Origin: Chiloscyllium plagiosum
Lineage: Eukaryota
Direction of reading: 5' to 3'
DNA length: 41,444 nucleotides
NCBI RefSeq assembly: GCF_004010195.1
Contig: NC_057720.1
Span: forward strand, 28,052,932 to 28,094,375
In this document: positions 24,083-35,842 of the stretch, in pieces
Layout of the letters: the number at the start of each line of letters is the position of its first letter
How positions within the stretch are numbered: position 1 is the first letter of the stretch
Translations under genes and position numbers: made by a program
The notes under the pieces: generated by a model
Seen by the model: the letters and a program-made list of their open reading frames with translations, nothing else
Databases searched by the model: none
Told to the model about the DNA's origin: nothing

Positions 24083-25434
24083 GTACAGTTCTAGGTACCA
24101 CATTATAGGAAGGATGTGACTACAGTGGAGAGAATGCAGAAGTGGTTTACAAGAATTGTTCTGGGTTGAGGAATTTATTAGGATAGATTGAAGAAGTTGG
24201 GATTATTCTCCTTGGACAAAGGAGGCTAAAGTGCAGATCTGATAGAGGTTTTCAAAACCTTGAGTGAGTTTGTTTGAGTAGATAAGAAGAAACTGTTCCC
24301 ACTTGTAAAAAGAGCAAGGGCAAGAGGGCATAGATTTAAAGTGATGTTCATAAGGAGCATGAGTGAATTCAGGAGAATCTTGTTCACAGAGTGAGTAGTT
24401 AGGGTGTGGATTGCAGTGTCTGAAAGTGTGGAAGAGGTATTCAGGAGGGAATTGGGTGATTATTTGGATAATAAGAATGTACAAGGGTATGGGATAAATC
24501 AGGAGATTGCCATTGAGTAATGGTGCTCGTTTTATGAGTTGGTGCAGGCACGATGAGTCAGTGGCTTTCTTCTGCACCATAACAGTTCTGTCATTCTGTG
24601 AACTTGCACTGACCTCGATAGAAAGAGCAGATACTTTTAATAAGCTTCACTTGCCAGTATCAGCATTTTAAATACATTCTGGATGCTATTTGGAAGATAC
24701 AGATAGTTGCACTTGTTTAATGACATATTTAATGATCTTCCCACAGTAAAAACTATAGTGATGATCGTACTTTATGGATGTGGAGGCACATCGGATGAAG
24801 CCTTTGCTGATCATGATCAAAATCTATCAAACAGAGTTTTCCCAAATGAACTTGAAGCAAATATTTTTGTGTTCAACGGTTAAAGATACTTGACCTCCAT
24901 GTACTTGACATCACATACTGATAGCAAAATGTTTTGACCCAGATCCTGAAAGATGATAGCTATAGCTGCGGTGTAGTGACCAACAGGTGCAATAGCATTG
25001 CAAACATTTTTGCATTTGTTACTATTTAGCAAACTTTCCCAATTGGTCACCAATTGGAGCATTGAACAATAAACAGTGTCTACTAAAATCAGTTAACTCT
25101 GAATGGCAATGCCAATGCTGATATGCTTTGACCTAAGTGGTAAAGTTACCATGTAGTGTAATACTAGTGAGTTAGGATTTGGGAACAGCCTTACTGCAGC
25201 AAGATAACCAGTTGTACTTGCATCCAGTTATTAACACAATTACAGCTTAACTATGCAAGAGTTTATGCCTTTCCATTGTCTTTGGATCTGAACAGAAAGA
25301 TCATCTGCACACACCATACAAGTGAGGGAAATGGATGTTCATTGCTGTCATGTTGTTGAAGGTTTTGAGGGTTGTGTGTTGTTGAGATTTCCTTCCTCAA
25401 AACACAATAGACACAGAATCTTTCGATATATTTT

Positions 25435-25603
25435 TTAAAATATTTTTAAGGCTGGGAAGCAGGTTGATTCTTAGTTACCAAGGGAATGAAAGATTATTGG
25501 GATATGTAAGAATGTAGAGTTAAGGTTATAATCAGATTAGTCATTATCTTATTAAATGACAGTGCAGGCATGAAGAGCCTAGTAGCCTACTCCTGTTCCG
25601 TGC
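25435..25603 (+). mobile_element. CR1-type LINE 3' end fragment
   Basis: TTTAAGGCTG..GATTCTTAGTT..AAGGGAATGAAAGATTAT..GCCTACTCCTGTTCC terminus. Confidence 0.55.
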
Positions 25604-25604
25604 T

Positions 25605-25935
25605 GGGCGGCACGGTGGCAGAGTGGTTAGCACTGCTGCCTCACAGTGCCACAGAGCTGGGTTCAATTCCCGCCTCAGGCGATTGACTGTGGAGTTTGCA
25701 CATTCTCCCTGTCTGCGTGGGTTTCCTCCGGGTGCTCCGGTTTCCTCCCACAGTCCAAAAAAGTGCAGGTTAGGTGAATTGGCCATGCTAAATTGCCTAT
25801 AGTGTTAGGCAAAGGGGTAAATGTAGGGAAATGAGTCTGGGTGGGTTGTGCTTCGGCGGGTCAGTGTGGATTTGTTTGGCCGAAGGGCCTGTTTCCACAC
25901 TGTAAGTAATCTAATCTAATCAAATCAAATAAATA
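25605..25935 (+). mobile_element. HE1-type tRNA-derived V-SINE
   Basis: A box TGGCAGAGTGG at 25616-25626 and B box GGTTCAATTCC at 25660-25670. V-domain GGAGTTTGCACATTCTCCC..GGGTTTCCTCCGGGTGCTCCGGTTTCCTCCCACA, CR1-like tail GGCCGAAGGGCCTGTTTCC and (AATCT)n end. Confidence 0.92.
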
Positions 25936-27312
25936 AAAAAGCAAACGCTGTAGCAAAGGGTGAAATTTTCCAAATTCACTAAAGAACAGCTTGACATGTT
26001 CTGGAAGTCGTCAGCCCAGCCCAGAGTCACTGAATCTGATAAACAACTTACTCAAAATAAACAAAATCCCCAGTAAGAGACACCTCTTTAACTTCTACAA
26101 GAGGTAGTGACGAGAAAAGTAGTGATGAAACAATGGTCTGAAAGTATCAAGGACACCCTGTGGTCGCAATAGCATATAGAGATGAATTGAATGTCCAAGC
26201 TGACATTATACAATAAAATAAGTCAAACCGAAAGGAATCGAGAGGAGAGATGCACAAGCACATTGAAGAAAGCCACCAAGGAATTGAAACAAGTTTGAGG
26301 AAGGCAAAAGAAGTGTTGTCTTGTTTTGTCTACCCAAACCAAATGGATTGTAATGGTTCAAGAAGATACCTCACCTCCACCTATAATGGTAACAAAGGAT
26401 GGCCAAACGATGCTTGCCCCATTAACGATGACTCCATCCCATCAATGAATTATTAAAAAAAAATGCTCGGGCAAATGTATGTGAGGTAATCCTCAAATGG
26501 GGAAGCATACCTACTGAAGGCATGGGGAGTAAACTAGTACAAAGACTCATCGCATGCACCCAAACTAACCTTTCAATATTAAAAAGCTACTAAAGCCAGA
26601 AGTAATGAAAGGCATGAATGAGAAAAGCAATCTTATACAACAGGAATCCTGATCTTATTTTGACAAAACTACCAAGCAGTTATCAGAATTGAGCACTGGA
26701 GAGTTGTTCAAGTTAGGAACCTTCAGTGTTTTCAATTTGACTCAGCCCAAGTAATAATATGACAATGACAAAGCACACTTTTCATCTCCATCTCGCATGA
26801 TGGAATTAAGTGACCAGATACAGTGTCACAAACACAGGCAAAAAAACATGCAACTGCAGAAGTTGTTCCTTCGCTGCGTGCAACTGATCAGGAAGTTGTG
26901 AATGAACTTGGCATCTGCATTGGTCACAGCATCAATCATCAGTCCCAGCGAACTATAACGTCCAAATAGAAATTGAACAGCAGTTAACACAGCAGCAAAA
27001 AGTGTTTTAGGAACAACACTCCCTGGAGAACTAAGTCAGCCAGATGTACAGCCAATGACAAAGCATTAAGGTACCATTAAGAGAAGGCATGGTTTAAAGA
27101 CTGTGGAATGCATGTGCAGAAACTGATGAGAATAATAACAGCTAACACATGAGAACAGTCATATGTGGTTGGTAACTTGCAATAAATTCAATTTTTCTTT
27201 GTACAAAGTGGAAGAATATTTGGGATAGAAATACAATACTGTATTAGCTTGCTGCTGTTCTCGTGAGACACTCACTCATTGTGGAGCTAGTTCAGTAATG
27301 ATGCAGTTGTCA

Positions 27313-27440
27313 TGATGTGGAGGTGCGGTGTTGGACTGGGGTGGACAAAGACAGAAGTCATACAGCACCAGGTCATAGTCCAACAGGTTTATTTAAAATC
27401 ACGAGCTTTTGGAGCGCTGCTCCTTGGTCAGGTGAAGTGA
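27313..27440 (-). mobile_element. Solo PLE pLTR with hammerhead motif (27399-27435)
   Basis: The minus strand reads TCAC-CTGACCA-A-GGAGC/AGC/GCTCC-AAAA-GCTC-GTGA: stems are intact and the core is mutated. Confidence 0.7.
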
Positions 27441-27869
27441 TAATGATAGAGGACATGCAAGATGCGTTTCCTATGATACTGGGAATAACTACCATAATAG
27501 CACAAGGAAAAAATCATAATTTTTTATTGCTTTTACATAGTATTTTTTCATGTTTTTTTGTGAGAGTATCTTAAGGCATCCAGTGAGTTACTGCTCTGTA
27601 AGTAATAGGCCATTTGCATCTGGAAAAATTCTGCAAATGACAATGAGATGAGAAACCAGTTAATTAGTTTTCACAATAGTGTTGGAAGGATTGGTGGATG
27701 TCAAATCTGATGTGTACATCTGATATGACATTTGTCATGGTTTTTTAATGTAATATTTTTTCAGTATTTAACTAAGATGCCAGCCTTGACTGAACAGTAG
27801 CATTCTCTTCCTCTTGTTCATCTAGTATAGAAAGCACTTTTGTATTTGCTTTGGTACTTTAAATTATTT

Positions 27870-28830
27870 ATTTTATCCATGGGAAGTTTGTGTTGATAAC
27901 TGGGCCAGTATTTATTGTCCAAACCAAGTTGTCCTTGAAGTTGATGGTCAGCTCCCTTCTTGCACTCTATTTGTTATAGGTACTTATGCAATATTGTTAA
28001 GATAGGAGATCTAGGATTTGTGACACTGAAGCAGGGATGATTTATTTTCAAGAATAGGCAATAAATGCTGGTCTAGTCAATAACGTCCACAATTCCATGA
28101 ATGAATTAAAAAAAAAAGTAGCATGGTGAGTGGTGATAGTGTCCTTGTCCTTGTGGGTGGTAATGGTTGTGGGATTGGAAGATGCTGTCTAAGGAGTATT
28201 GGTGAACTCCTGCACTGATACTGCTGCTACTGTGTTGTCAGTGATGTGGAAAGAATGAATATTCATGGATCTGGTGCCAATCAGAATGCTTTGCCCTGGT
28301 TTGTGTCAAGCTGTTTGTGTGTTTTTGGAGCTGTAACTGATGCAGGCAAGTGAGAAACTGTATGTCACTTTCTGATTGTGTCTTAGAGATAGACTTTGAG
28401 TTTTGAGGAGGTAAGTTGGTCACTGCAAGATTCCAAACCTTTGTACTAGTCGAATTCTGAATCTGTCGTATTTTTATTCCCCCCAAACCCAAGATGTCGA
28501 TAGCTGGGGATTCAGCAGTTGAATGTCAATGAGATTGGTTAGTTTTTTTTCCTTGCTGGAGATGGTCATTGCCTATCACTTGTGTATGTTACTTGCCACT
28601 TTCCACTGCTGGTGTGTACATTATCCAGATTTTGTTGCATTTGAAATGTAAAATGTGCTGAACATTAGGCAATCATCAGTGAACTTCTGCAATTTTAACC
28701 TTATGATGGAGGGAATGCCATTGAAGCAGCTGAAGATACTTTGGCCGATGATCATCTCCTTAAAGGCACATTCGTGCACTATCCCCATATCCCTTGATGT
28801 CATCAACAATTATAAATCAATCCATCTTTG
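27870..28830 (-). mobile_element. Second, more decayed copy of the Deu-partner LINE 3' region, with a plus-strand tail insert at about 28052-28118
   Basis: Collinear with 6665-7750 (GGCCAGTATTTATTG, GATGGTCATTGCCT, CCATTGAAGCAGCTGAAGAT). The insert reads GGCAATAAATGCTGG..ATGAATGAATTAAAAAAA. Confidence 0.7.
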
Positions 28831-28831
28831 C

Positions 28832-29215
28832 CTTTAACTTCAATACTGAGCTTGCACAGCCCTCTAAAGGTAGGAAATTCGAAAGATTCACTACCCTCTG
28901 ATGAAGTTCCTCCTCAACTCGGTCCAAAATGGCTTGTCTGTTTTTCTGAGATTGTACCCCCTGGATTGAGAGCCCACAGCCAAGGGAAACATTCTTTCTA
29001 CATCCATGTTGTCTATCCTTTTAATAATTTTGTATATTTCTGTGAGAGAGTCTCTCATTCATCTAAACACTGGAGAATGTAGCCCAGTTTCTTGAATCTC
29101 CCCGCAGGACAATCCCATCAGAGAAATACGAGAACAAGAATGAATCATTCAGCTCATTAAACCTGTCCTGCCGTTCTAGATCATGTGTTTACCGGTTCAT
29201 CAATGCCACAAATTC
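28832..29215 (-). mobile_element. CR1-type 3' fragments
   Basis: Reverse complement of ..GGAACTTCATCAGAGGGTAGTGAATCT.. and of RGDSxTEIYKI-type coding sequence. Confidence 0.55.
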
Positions 29216-30736
29216 AAATCCCAATCTTTGTGTTTGTCCATTGTTTTGCATTCCTCCATCTCTATAATCTGATTCATCCTTCCATTCCTGTTCAACCAAT
29301 TCTGTTCAGTTGTGCTTTCTCAACTTTTTTTTCATTCTACTATTAGTTATTGTGCCTTCTAGGCCCTATGTGCTGGAAATCCCTCTTAAATGGTTCCATC
29401 TCATCACTCTCCTTTCAGGTTCTTCCTGATGTCTCTTTTTCTGGCTTGGTGTCTATTTTGACTGATCACACTTCTGTGGATACCTTGGGATGTTAAGGCC
29501 ATATTGAGGCAGAAACGATTTGTTAAGATGATAATGGGAAAGAGAAGCGAGAGATACTAAGATTGTTTTCACTGGGATGTGAGTTAAGATGAAACCTGAG
29601 GGAAGTATGCATGCTTAGAGGGTTTGAAAGTGCAGTTAAAACAATTGTTGCCATTGGTCAGGCAGCAAGTAAACAGAGGCATGCATTGAAGACCAAATTA
29701 ATTACAGAGAAAAGGGTAAGAGCTTTTGACGACAAGTGTTTGTCAGCACATGAAATATTTCACTCGAAGTTCTGAAATGGTAACAGAAACGTTTGATGAA
29801 CATAGCAGTGTCGATGTGTATATATGGATTTCAAGGAGATGTTTGATGCAATGCCACACAACAGACTCGCGTGGAAAGTTAGAGGTCATGATGTGAGAGG
29901 GACGGTGACAATGTGGATACAAAATTGGCCCAAAGAAACAGTGTACAATAGCAAATGGTCAATAGATATTGAAGGTTTGTAGTAGAGTTCCCCATGGTGG
30001 GTATTGGGACCTTTGCCTTTCCTGTTATGTATTAATAATTTAGATCTTGGTGTGCAGACAGTTTCAAAACTTTCAGGTGGCACTAAATCTGAAGAGCTTT
30101 AAACAGAGAGGACATTGACACGTTGGCAGATAGAGGGCAGATGAGGTCCAATGCAGAGAAGTGTAAGATGATGCACTTTGGTTGGAAGGATAATAGAAAA
30201 AAAAAGTACAATTCTAAGGTGAGTGCAGGAACTGGGGACCTAAGTTTACATGTGCATAGATTACTGAAGATGACAGACAAATGGAGAGAACAGTTAATAA
30301 CACGTACAGTGTTCTCACGTTTATTAACAGGCATTTGGATTACAGCAAGGAGGTGATGTTGAGCAAGACATTTCTTAGACCTCAGCTGGAGTATTTTGTA
30401 CACTTGCCATATTTTAGGAAAGATGTTAACGCAGTGGAAAGTGTGCAGAAGCAATTTACAACAATGATTTCAGGAATGCGAAACTTCAGTTTCAATGGTA
30501 CAATGAAGAAGTTGGGACTTCTCTGGGAGAGAAGAAGATCAAGAGGAGATTTGTTAGAGGTTTACAAAATCATCAGTAATTGGACAGCTTAGGTAGAGAG
30601 AAACTATTCTGCTCATAAAAGTGAAAAAAAGAATGAGGGTGTAGATTTAAAGTGATGTGCAAATGAAACAAGAGTGATGTGAGAAAAAGGGTTTTTCACA
30701 CTGCGAGTAGTCAGGGTATGGAATTACACTGCCGAG

Positions 30737-31481
30737 TGTGATGATGCTGTTCCTTTAACAAGGTTATGGGTCTAGGTTTGAAGGATTTTAGAGCCAATTT
30801 GATTATAGCTAAAAGATACTGCCTCAGGCAAAAGGTTTTCAAGTTTTAAAAAAAACTTGTACAATGAAAGGGGAGTGGCCAGTTCTCCCAGCTCAACTTT
30901 GCTCTGGTTTGGTTTGGTTTGGTTTTAGCAGTCTGGATGTTCATGGAAAGCAGTCAGTCGTTGTGAAGCTGCTGGACCCAGCGAAGTTAAAAATCACACA
31001 ACACTAGGTTGTAGTCCAACAGGTTTACTTGGAAGCACTAACTTTCGGAGCGCTGCTCCTTCATCAGGTGGTTAACTTTGTACACCCCAGTCTAACACAG
31101 GCATTTCCAAATCAGGACCCAAAGAAGCAGGTCTATGCTGATCCTCCCTCTCTCTGACATCTCTCCAGTAAGACCTTGTGTTGATTTTTTTTGTGCCAAG
31201 GGGTGTTTATGGGGATTGTTGCAAGTATTTGGAACAAGTTTGTTAAGTTGGGATGATCTGTTGGGTTTTCGGATAGGTTGTTATTCTATATTCTGTTCTC
31301 TTTTGTTTGTGTTTCATTTCGTAATCTTGTAAATAAATTCAGATTTGTTTAAAACTAAGTGGCTTAACCAGCCACATCTGTCCTGGGATATCCATTTTAC
31401 ACCTGCTTAAAACAGCTAGCAAAGGTAGGGTCTGGGCTGCGTTCCTGATATGTTTTCAGGGGTCTGGCCTAGTCTGTAACA
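30737..31481 (+). mobile_element. Solo LTR (about 600 bp excluding an internal insert)
   Basis: TGTGA...GTAACA termini, non-coding, AATAAA at 31332, and it interrupts a CR1. I saw no clear TSD, and the orientation is tentative. Confidence 0.65.
30987..31114. mobile_element. PLE pLTR insertion with inverted halves and near-intact hammerhead (31036-31070, minus)
   Basis: The minus strand reads CAC-CTGATGA-A-GGAGC/AGC/GCTCC-GAAA-GTTA-GTG. The TSD is GGACCCAGCGAAG (30974-30986) / GGACCCAAAGAAG (31115-31127). Confidence 0.8.
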
Positions 31482-31872
31482 TTGGAATTGTGGTGGAGGC
31501 AGTTTCAATTGAGGCATTCAAGAGTGCATTAGGTGAATATTTGGGTAGAAATGGTGTGCAGAGATATGGAGAAAAGAGAGGAGTGGCACTAAATGCAGCA
31601 AAATATATCAAATGGTCTTCTGAACATAACGATTCTGAGAAGCAGTGTCAGTGTAAGCATTCGCAAAGTTTCGTTAAGAAGGGAAATATAAATTTTTTTA
31701 AAAGTGTATGTGGATTTGCAAGCAAATGACAAAGTAGATTGCTTTTTGACAGCATGAGTGTTGGTGTAATGTTTGGAATTGCCTCCTGCTGTAAATGTGT
31801 ATACTGTAATCAATTCTGTGAATTTGTTTTGTAGGATTGTGTTACTAATCTTCGATTTGTATTCCTCTCCAG

Positions 31873-31965
31873 CTCAACAGATTTGGCCTATAAAAATGGA
31901 AATAACACTGAAGGTGGCTGCAGAAAAGGATTTGCCTCTGCACAGATGACAGCAATCTTCCCAAA
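31873..31965 (+). CDS. Candidate internal coding exon of an unidentified host gene
   Basis: TACTAAT branch site, TTTGTATTCCTCTCCAG acceptor and AA|GTAAGA donor; 93 nt. The only stop-free frame is phase 2-2: STDLAYKNGNNTEGGCRKGFASAQMTAIFP. Confidence 0.65.
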
Positions 31966-33849
31966 GTAAGAAATCAGTGCAGCCCGAAGTTTCTCTCTGT
32001 TTTTCTCTCCCTGCTTTTAGACAATCTGTGTGATTGAGTGACCATAATGCCAAGTGGCTGTTGAACAGAGAATCACTTTATTTTGCAACATTACATATAT
32101 TTTAATTGTACTTTTCTTTCAACTAACAACAGCAAAAGCAGCTTATCTCATTATTCATGAACATGTTTCTCAAATTCAAACTTTAAGCATATAAAGTTAG
32201 AACTGAATTCAGCATATAAAGTTAGAACCTGTGCACTTTGAACAGCATTTTAAGATGTCCTCCGAATGTGATGAGGTGCTACGAAATGACATTTTTAAAA
32301 TAAATCTTTGCTGAATAGTAACTGAGTAACAATCTTAAATTATGGTGTTGATATATTTGTGCAGTGAATGGCCACAGTTCTTTAGGAACTGTAAGCAGGG
32401 TTAGAATCCTCAACTTGTAAGTGTGGCTGGAAATTGCAGCATGAAGGAAACTAAAGTAAACTACAGGTGATGCTGTTGTCTGTGGCTGTTATGAAACTTG
32501 TTTGACTTGATGTGGTAAAACATTTTAATTGCAAAGCTATTAGTATTACTCTCACAAAAAGCAACTTCTGATATCTCTACAGTTTGCTGACACCCACAAC
32601 AGTGGGCAACAGTTTGTGTTAACCTAAAAGCACCTGGACCTTTCCAGATGCCACTACTACATGTAGAAAGTAGTGTGATATCATCAAATCGTACATACTT
32701 TTGAAATGGGGTTCAGTGGCAGAAAGCCAAGATGCAAGAGGAAGGAATGGGGAACATGGAGAGAAAACCAGTGGGGGTGAGGAGGGGCCCAAATCTCATC
32801 CATACCACACCCACTCCTTTGAACTTTGCTCTTTCAAACTCCTCTTTTCTGGGTTTGATTTCTCCCCGGTCCCCTTTCATCAGAAAGACTATCTCGTTAA
32901 CTTTGACCAAGTGTAAATCTGAAGCAGGGAGTCTGGTGTGATTGCTTTTGTAACACGACATGAAAAACAATCTGACTGGAAGCAAATATTTGAATTTATG
33001 GTGTGGTGTTTAAAGGCAGCCTCTCTTAGGAGTTGCTTTCTGAAGTAGGTGAGAATGAGTAACCTACCATTGTTGATGTTCCTTCATCTGTCATAGTTTG
33101 GCGATAGGTCAGGCATCTTGAACCAACTAGTTCAGTCAGATGCACAAGGTCACAAGGACATTGCAAAATGCCTTGAACGGTTATGAATACTGGTTCAAGC
33201 TGCAAATCCTTCAGTTGACAATGTAGTCTGCTAATGGAACTTGAGCAGTTTTTAATGCTATGTGAGGATGCCATTGTTGGGACTGATGGGGAAAGATTTG
33301 AGGGCTGGTTAAAACGTGCTTCATCCATTGGCATAATGGCAAATGTGCAATGCATTGTGTGAAGTTTAAAGACATTTCCATGCATTGACATTAATTATTG
33401 AAACCTGCCAAATGTACAACATCTGGCTAAAATGTTGCTTCTTTTCTTACTGCTTATCTTTTACTATAATCACAGGCCTGACTGCGAGAACTACCTCCCA
33501 TAGTTATATTTGTTTTGTCCAGTGTAATGTATTGAATCAAGCTTCCTGTAGATGTTAGTCAGTATTAAATATAATATTTTTCTATTTGTTTCTATTTATA
33601 AAGACCTCCTGTCCTGATTGACCATTCAGCCTTTCAAACAGATTTCAACTAAAATATGAGCTTGATTACCACATTAGAAGAATAAACTGATTAGCGGCAA
33701 CTCAAAAGCATCTGAGTCTTGCAGTGATGTTTTGAGGTTTTATCATGGAAGGAGTTTTATGATGTACTATCTTAAATCACAGAACTAAGTAATTTAGCAT
33801 ATCATATCTGTGCCAACAATGTGAAATTGCTATCCAATTATTTAGCACT

Positions 33850-35842
33850 CTCCCAGCTCTTTGCAAGAAGACTGACTTAATTAGGGAGCTTGAAAGGAAG
33901 GAATCCCTGGAGGCAGTGACCATAATGTGACAGAATTCAGTTTGAGAGAGGAGAGAAGCTGGAATCAGTTGTAACATTGACTAAAGGTCATTACAGAGCC
34001 ATGAGGGAGGAGCAGGCCAGAATTGACTGGAAGGGGATTCTAGGAGAGATGATGATGGAGTAGCAATGCAGGAGTTTCTGGCTATAATTTAGGAGGCATA
34101 GCAGAAATTCATTCCAAGGAGGAAGAAATCTACTAAGGTGATGACAAGGCAACCATGGCGAACAAGGGAAGGTCGGGGACAGCATAAAAGCAAAATAAAA
34201 AGCATACAATTTGATGAATGTGAGTATGACGCCAGATAATTGGGAAATCTTTAAAAACCAGCAGAGGATAACTAAAAATGCAATGGGGGGGGGGTGGTGG
34301 TGGTGGTGGAGAACATGAAATAAGATAAGCTAGCTTGTAATATAAAAGAAGTTTTCAGGAGTTCTTTTAGACATATAAAAGGTAAGAGAAAGGCAAGAGT
34401 AAACTTTGGACTGCTGGAAAATAGGGCTGAAGAAATTCTAATTCACAGTGGAAGGCACCAGTAGCATACCAGGATTTTGAGAGTCAGGGGGCAGAGGTGA
34501 ATGCAGTGACCATCACTAATGAGAAAGCACTAGGAAGCTGAAGTGTCTGATGGTGGGTAAGTAACTTGGACCAGGTGGATTGTTATTTCAGAATTCTGAA
34601 GAAGATAGCTGAGGAGAATGTGGAGGCATTGGGAGTGATTAGATTAGACTAGATTACATTACAGTGTGGAAACGGGCCCTTCGGCCCAACAAGTCCACAC
34701 CGACCCGCCGAAGCGCAACCCACCCCTACCCCTACCCCTACGTTTACCCCTTATCTAACACTATGGGCAATTTAGCATGGCTAATTCACCTCACCTGCAC
34801 ATCTTTGGACTGTGGGAGGAAACCGGAGCACCCGGAGGAAACCCATGCAGACACGGGGAGAACGTGCAAACTCCACACAGTCAGTCGCCTGAGGCGGGAA
34901 TTGAACCCGGATCTCTGGCGCTGTGAGGCAGCAGTGCTAACCACTGTGCCACCGTGCCGCCCAGTGATCTTTCAGGAATCACTGGAGTCAGGGAGGGTTC
35001 CAGAGGATTGGGAAATGGCTAATGTAACACTCTGGTTTAAAAAGGGAGGGAGGCAGAAGATGAGAAGCGATAGGTGAGTTAGCCTGACCTTCGTTGTTGG
35101 TTTGATTTTAGAGTCCATAATTAAGGCTGAGATTGCAGTACTTAGAAGTGTCCGAAAAATAGGGCTATCAGTGTGGCTGTGTAAATGGAAGATCATGTCT
35201 GACAAATCTGTTGGAATTCTTAGATAAAGAAGAGCCAGTAGAAGTGAAGTATTTGGATTTCCAGAAGGCCTTTGACAAGATCCTGCACGGAGGTGTCTAA
35301 GTAATATAAGAACCCATGATGTTAGGAGCAAGATACTGGCATGGAGAGAGCCATGGAGTTACACATGGGTCCCTGTTGGGACCACAACTATTCACGTTAT
35401 ACATTAATGATCTGGACAAAGGAACTGAGTTGGCATTGTTGGTAGGTTTGCATTGACACAAAGATAGGTAGAGGGACAGGTAATATTGAGGAAATGTTAG
35501 AGGTTGCAGGAGGACTGGGACAGCAGAAAAAGAAGTGGAAGATGCAATATAATGTGGGAAAGTGTGAGATTATGTACTTTGGAAGGAAGAATAGAGGTGT
35601 AGACTATTTTCTAAACAGGAAAAGGCATCAGAAATCTAAAGCAAAAAGGAAGTTAGGAGTCTACTTCAGGATTCTCTTAAGGGTAATATGCAGGTTCATT
35701 TGAGAATTAGGAAGGCAAGTGCAATGTTAGCACTCATTTCAAGTAGGCTAGGATATGTCAGCAGAGATGTACTGCTGAGGCTTTATAATGCTCTGGTCAG
35801 ACCGCATTTAGAGTATTGTGAGCAGTTTTGGGCTCCTTATAT
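33850..35842 (+). mobile_element. CR1 LINE ORF2, decayed
   Basis: LGGSDHN, QPWRTREG, VIFQESLESGRVPEDWEMANVT, YLDFQKAFDK and RPHLEYCEQFWAPY motifs. Confidence 0.85.
34640..34962 (-). mobile_element. HE1-type V-SINE, full length, with TSD
   Basis: Close reverse-complement match to 25605-25935. AGTGAT is duplicated at 34634-34639 and 34963-34968. Confidence 0.93.

Larger units (their letters stand above)
17150..24602 (+). mobile_element. Near full-length decayed CR1 (pieces 17150-19725, 23213-23355, 23804-24602) containing nested elements
   Basis: ORF1 esterase-like VLVQIGTSD..RIGQMNA.L.RWC. EN ..TQTWLK and HLGDSDHGII. RT GIPQGLVLGPLL. The RT sequence broken at 19725 resumes at about 23213. 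Confidence 0.75.
13735..27505 (+). mobile_element. Old Gypsy-type LTR retrotransposon, split by younger insertions
   Basis: Gag at 13750-13872 and 15060-15220 (DLIKDR..LG). Protease CQMDASVSCNVI near 15600. RT QHPLRQVP and HHPMPIVE at 16760-16985, and TFW.LFGRYR / YGCG..EAFADHDQNL at 24670-24830. RNase H near 25150-25290. Integrase HIEESHQGIETSLRKAKE at 26250 and PTEGMGS.LVQRL near 26510. The order PR-RT-RH-IN is Gypsy-type. A 3' LTR is likely near 27220-27505; I did not identify a 5' LTR. Confidence 0.75.
29780..31590 (+). mobile_element. CR1 LINE RT/3' part interrupted by a solo LTR
   Basis: VDVYIWI.., VLGPLPFL, NAEKCKMMHFG, RPQLEY and RGDLLEVYKII. It resumes after 31481 with VEAVSIEAFK. 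Confidence 0.82.

Noticed and set aside
25425..25450. AT-rich palindrome TTAAAATATTTTTAA
   Set aside because: Low complexity and expected by chance at a repeat junction.
25605..25680. tRNA gene
   Set aside because: The A and B boxes belong to the head of an HE1 SINE and continue into the V-domain and LINE-derived tail. The same holds at about 34890-34962.
11509..31947. Alternative phase-1 reading NWRIQWW...PHWATFAQQIWPIK...LHR*
   Set aside because: It stops inside the second exon just before a good donor and is unusually Trp-rich. It is less likely than the phase-2 frame, though not excluded.
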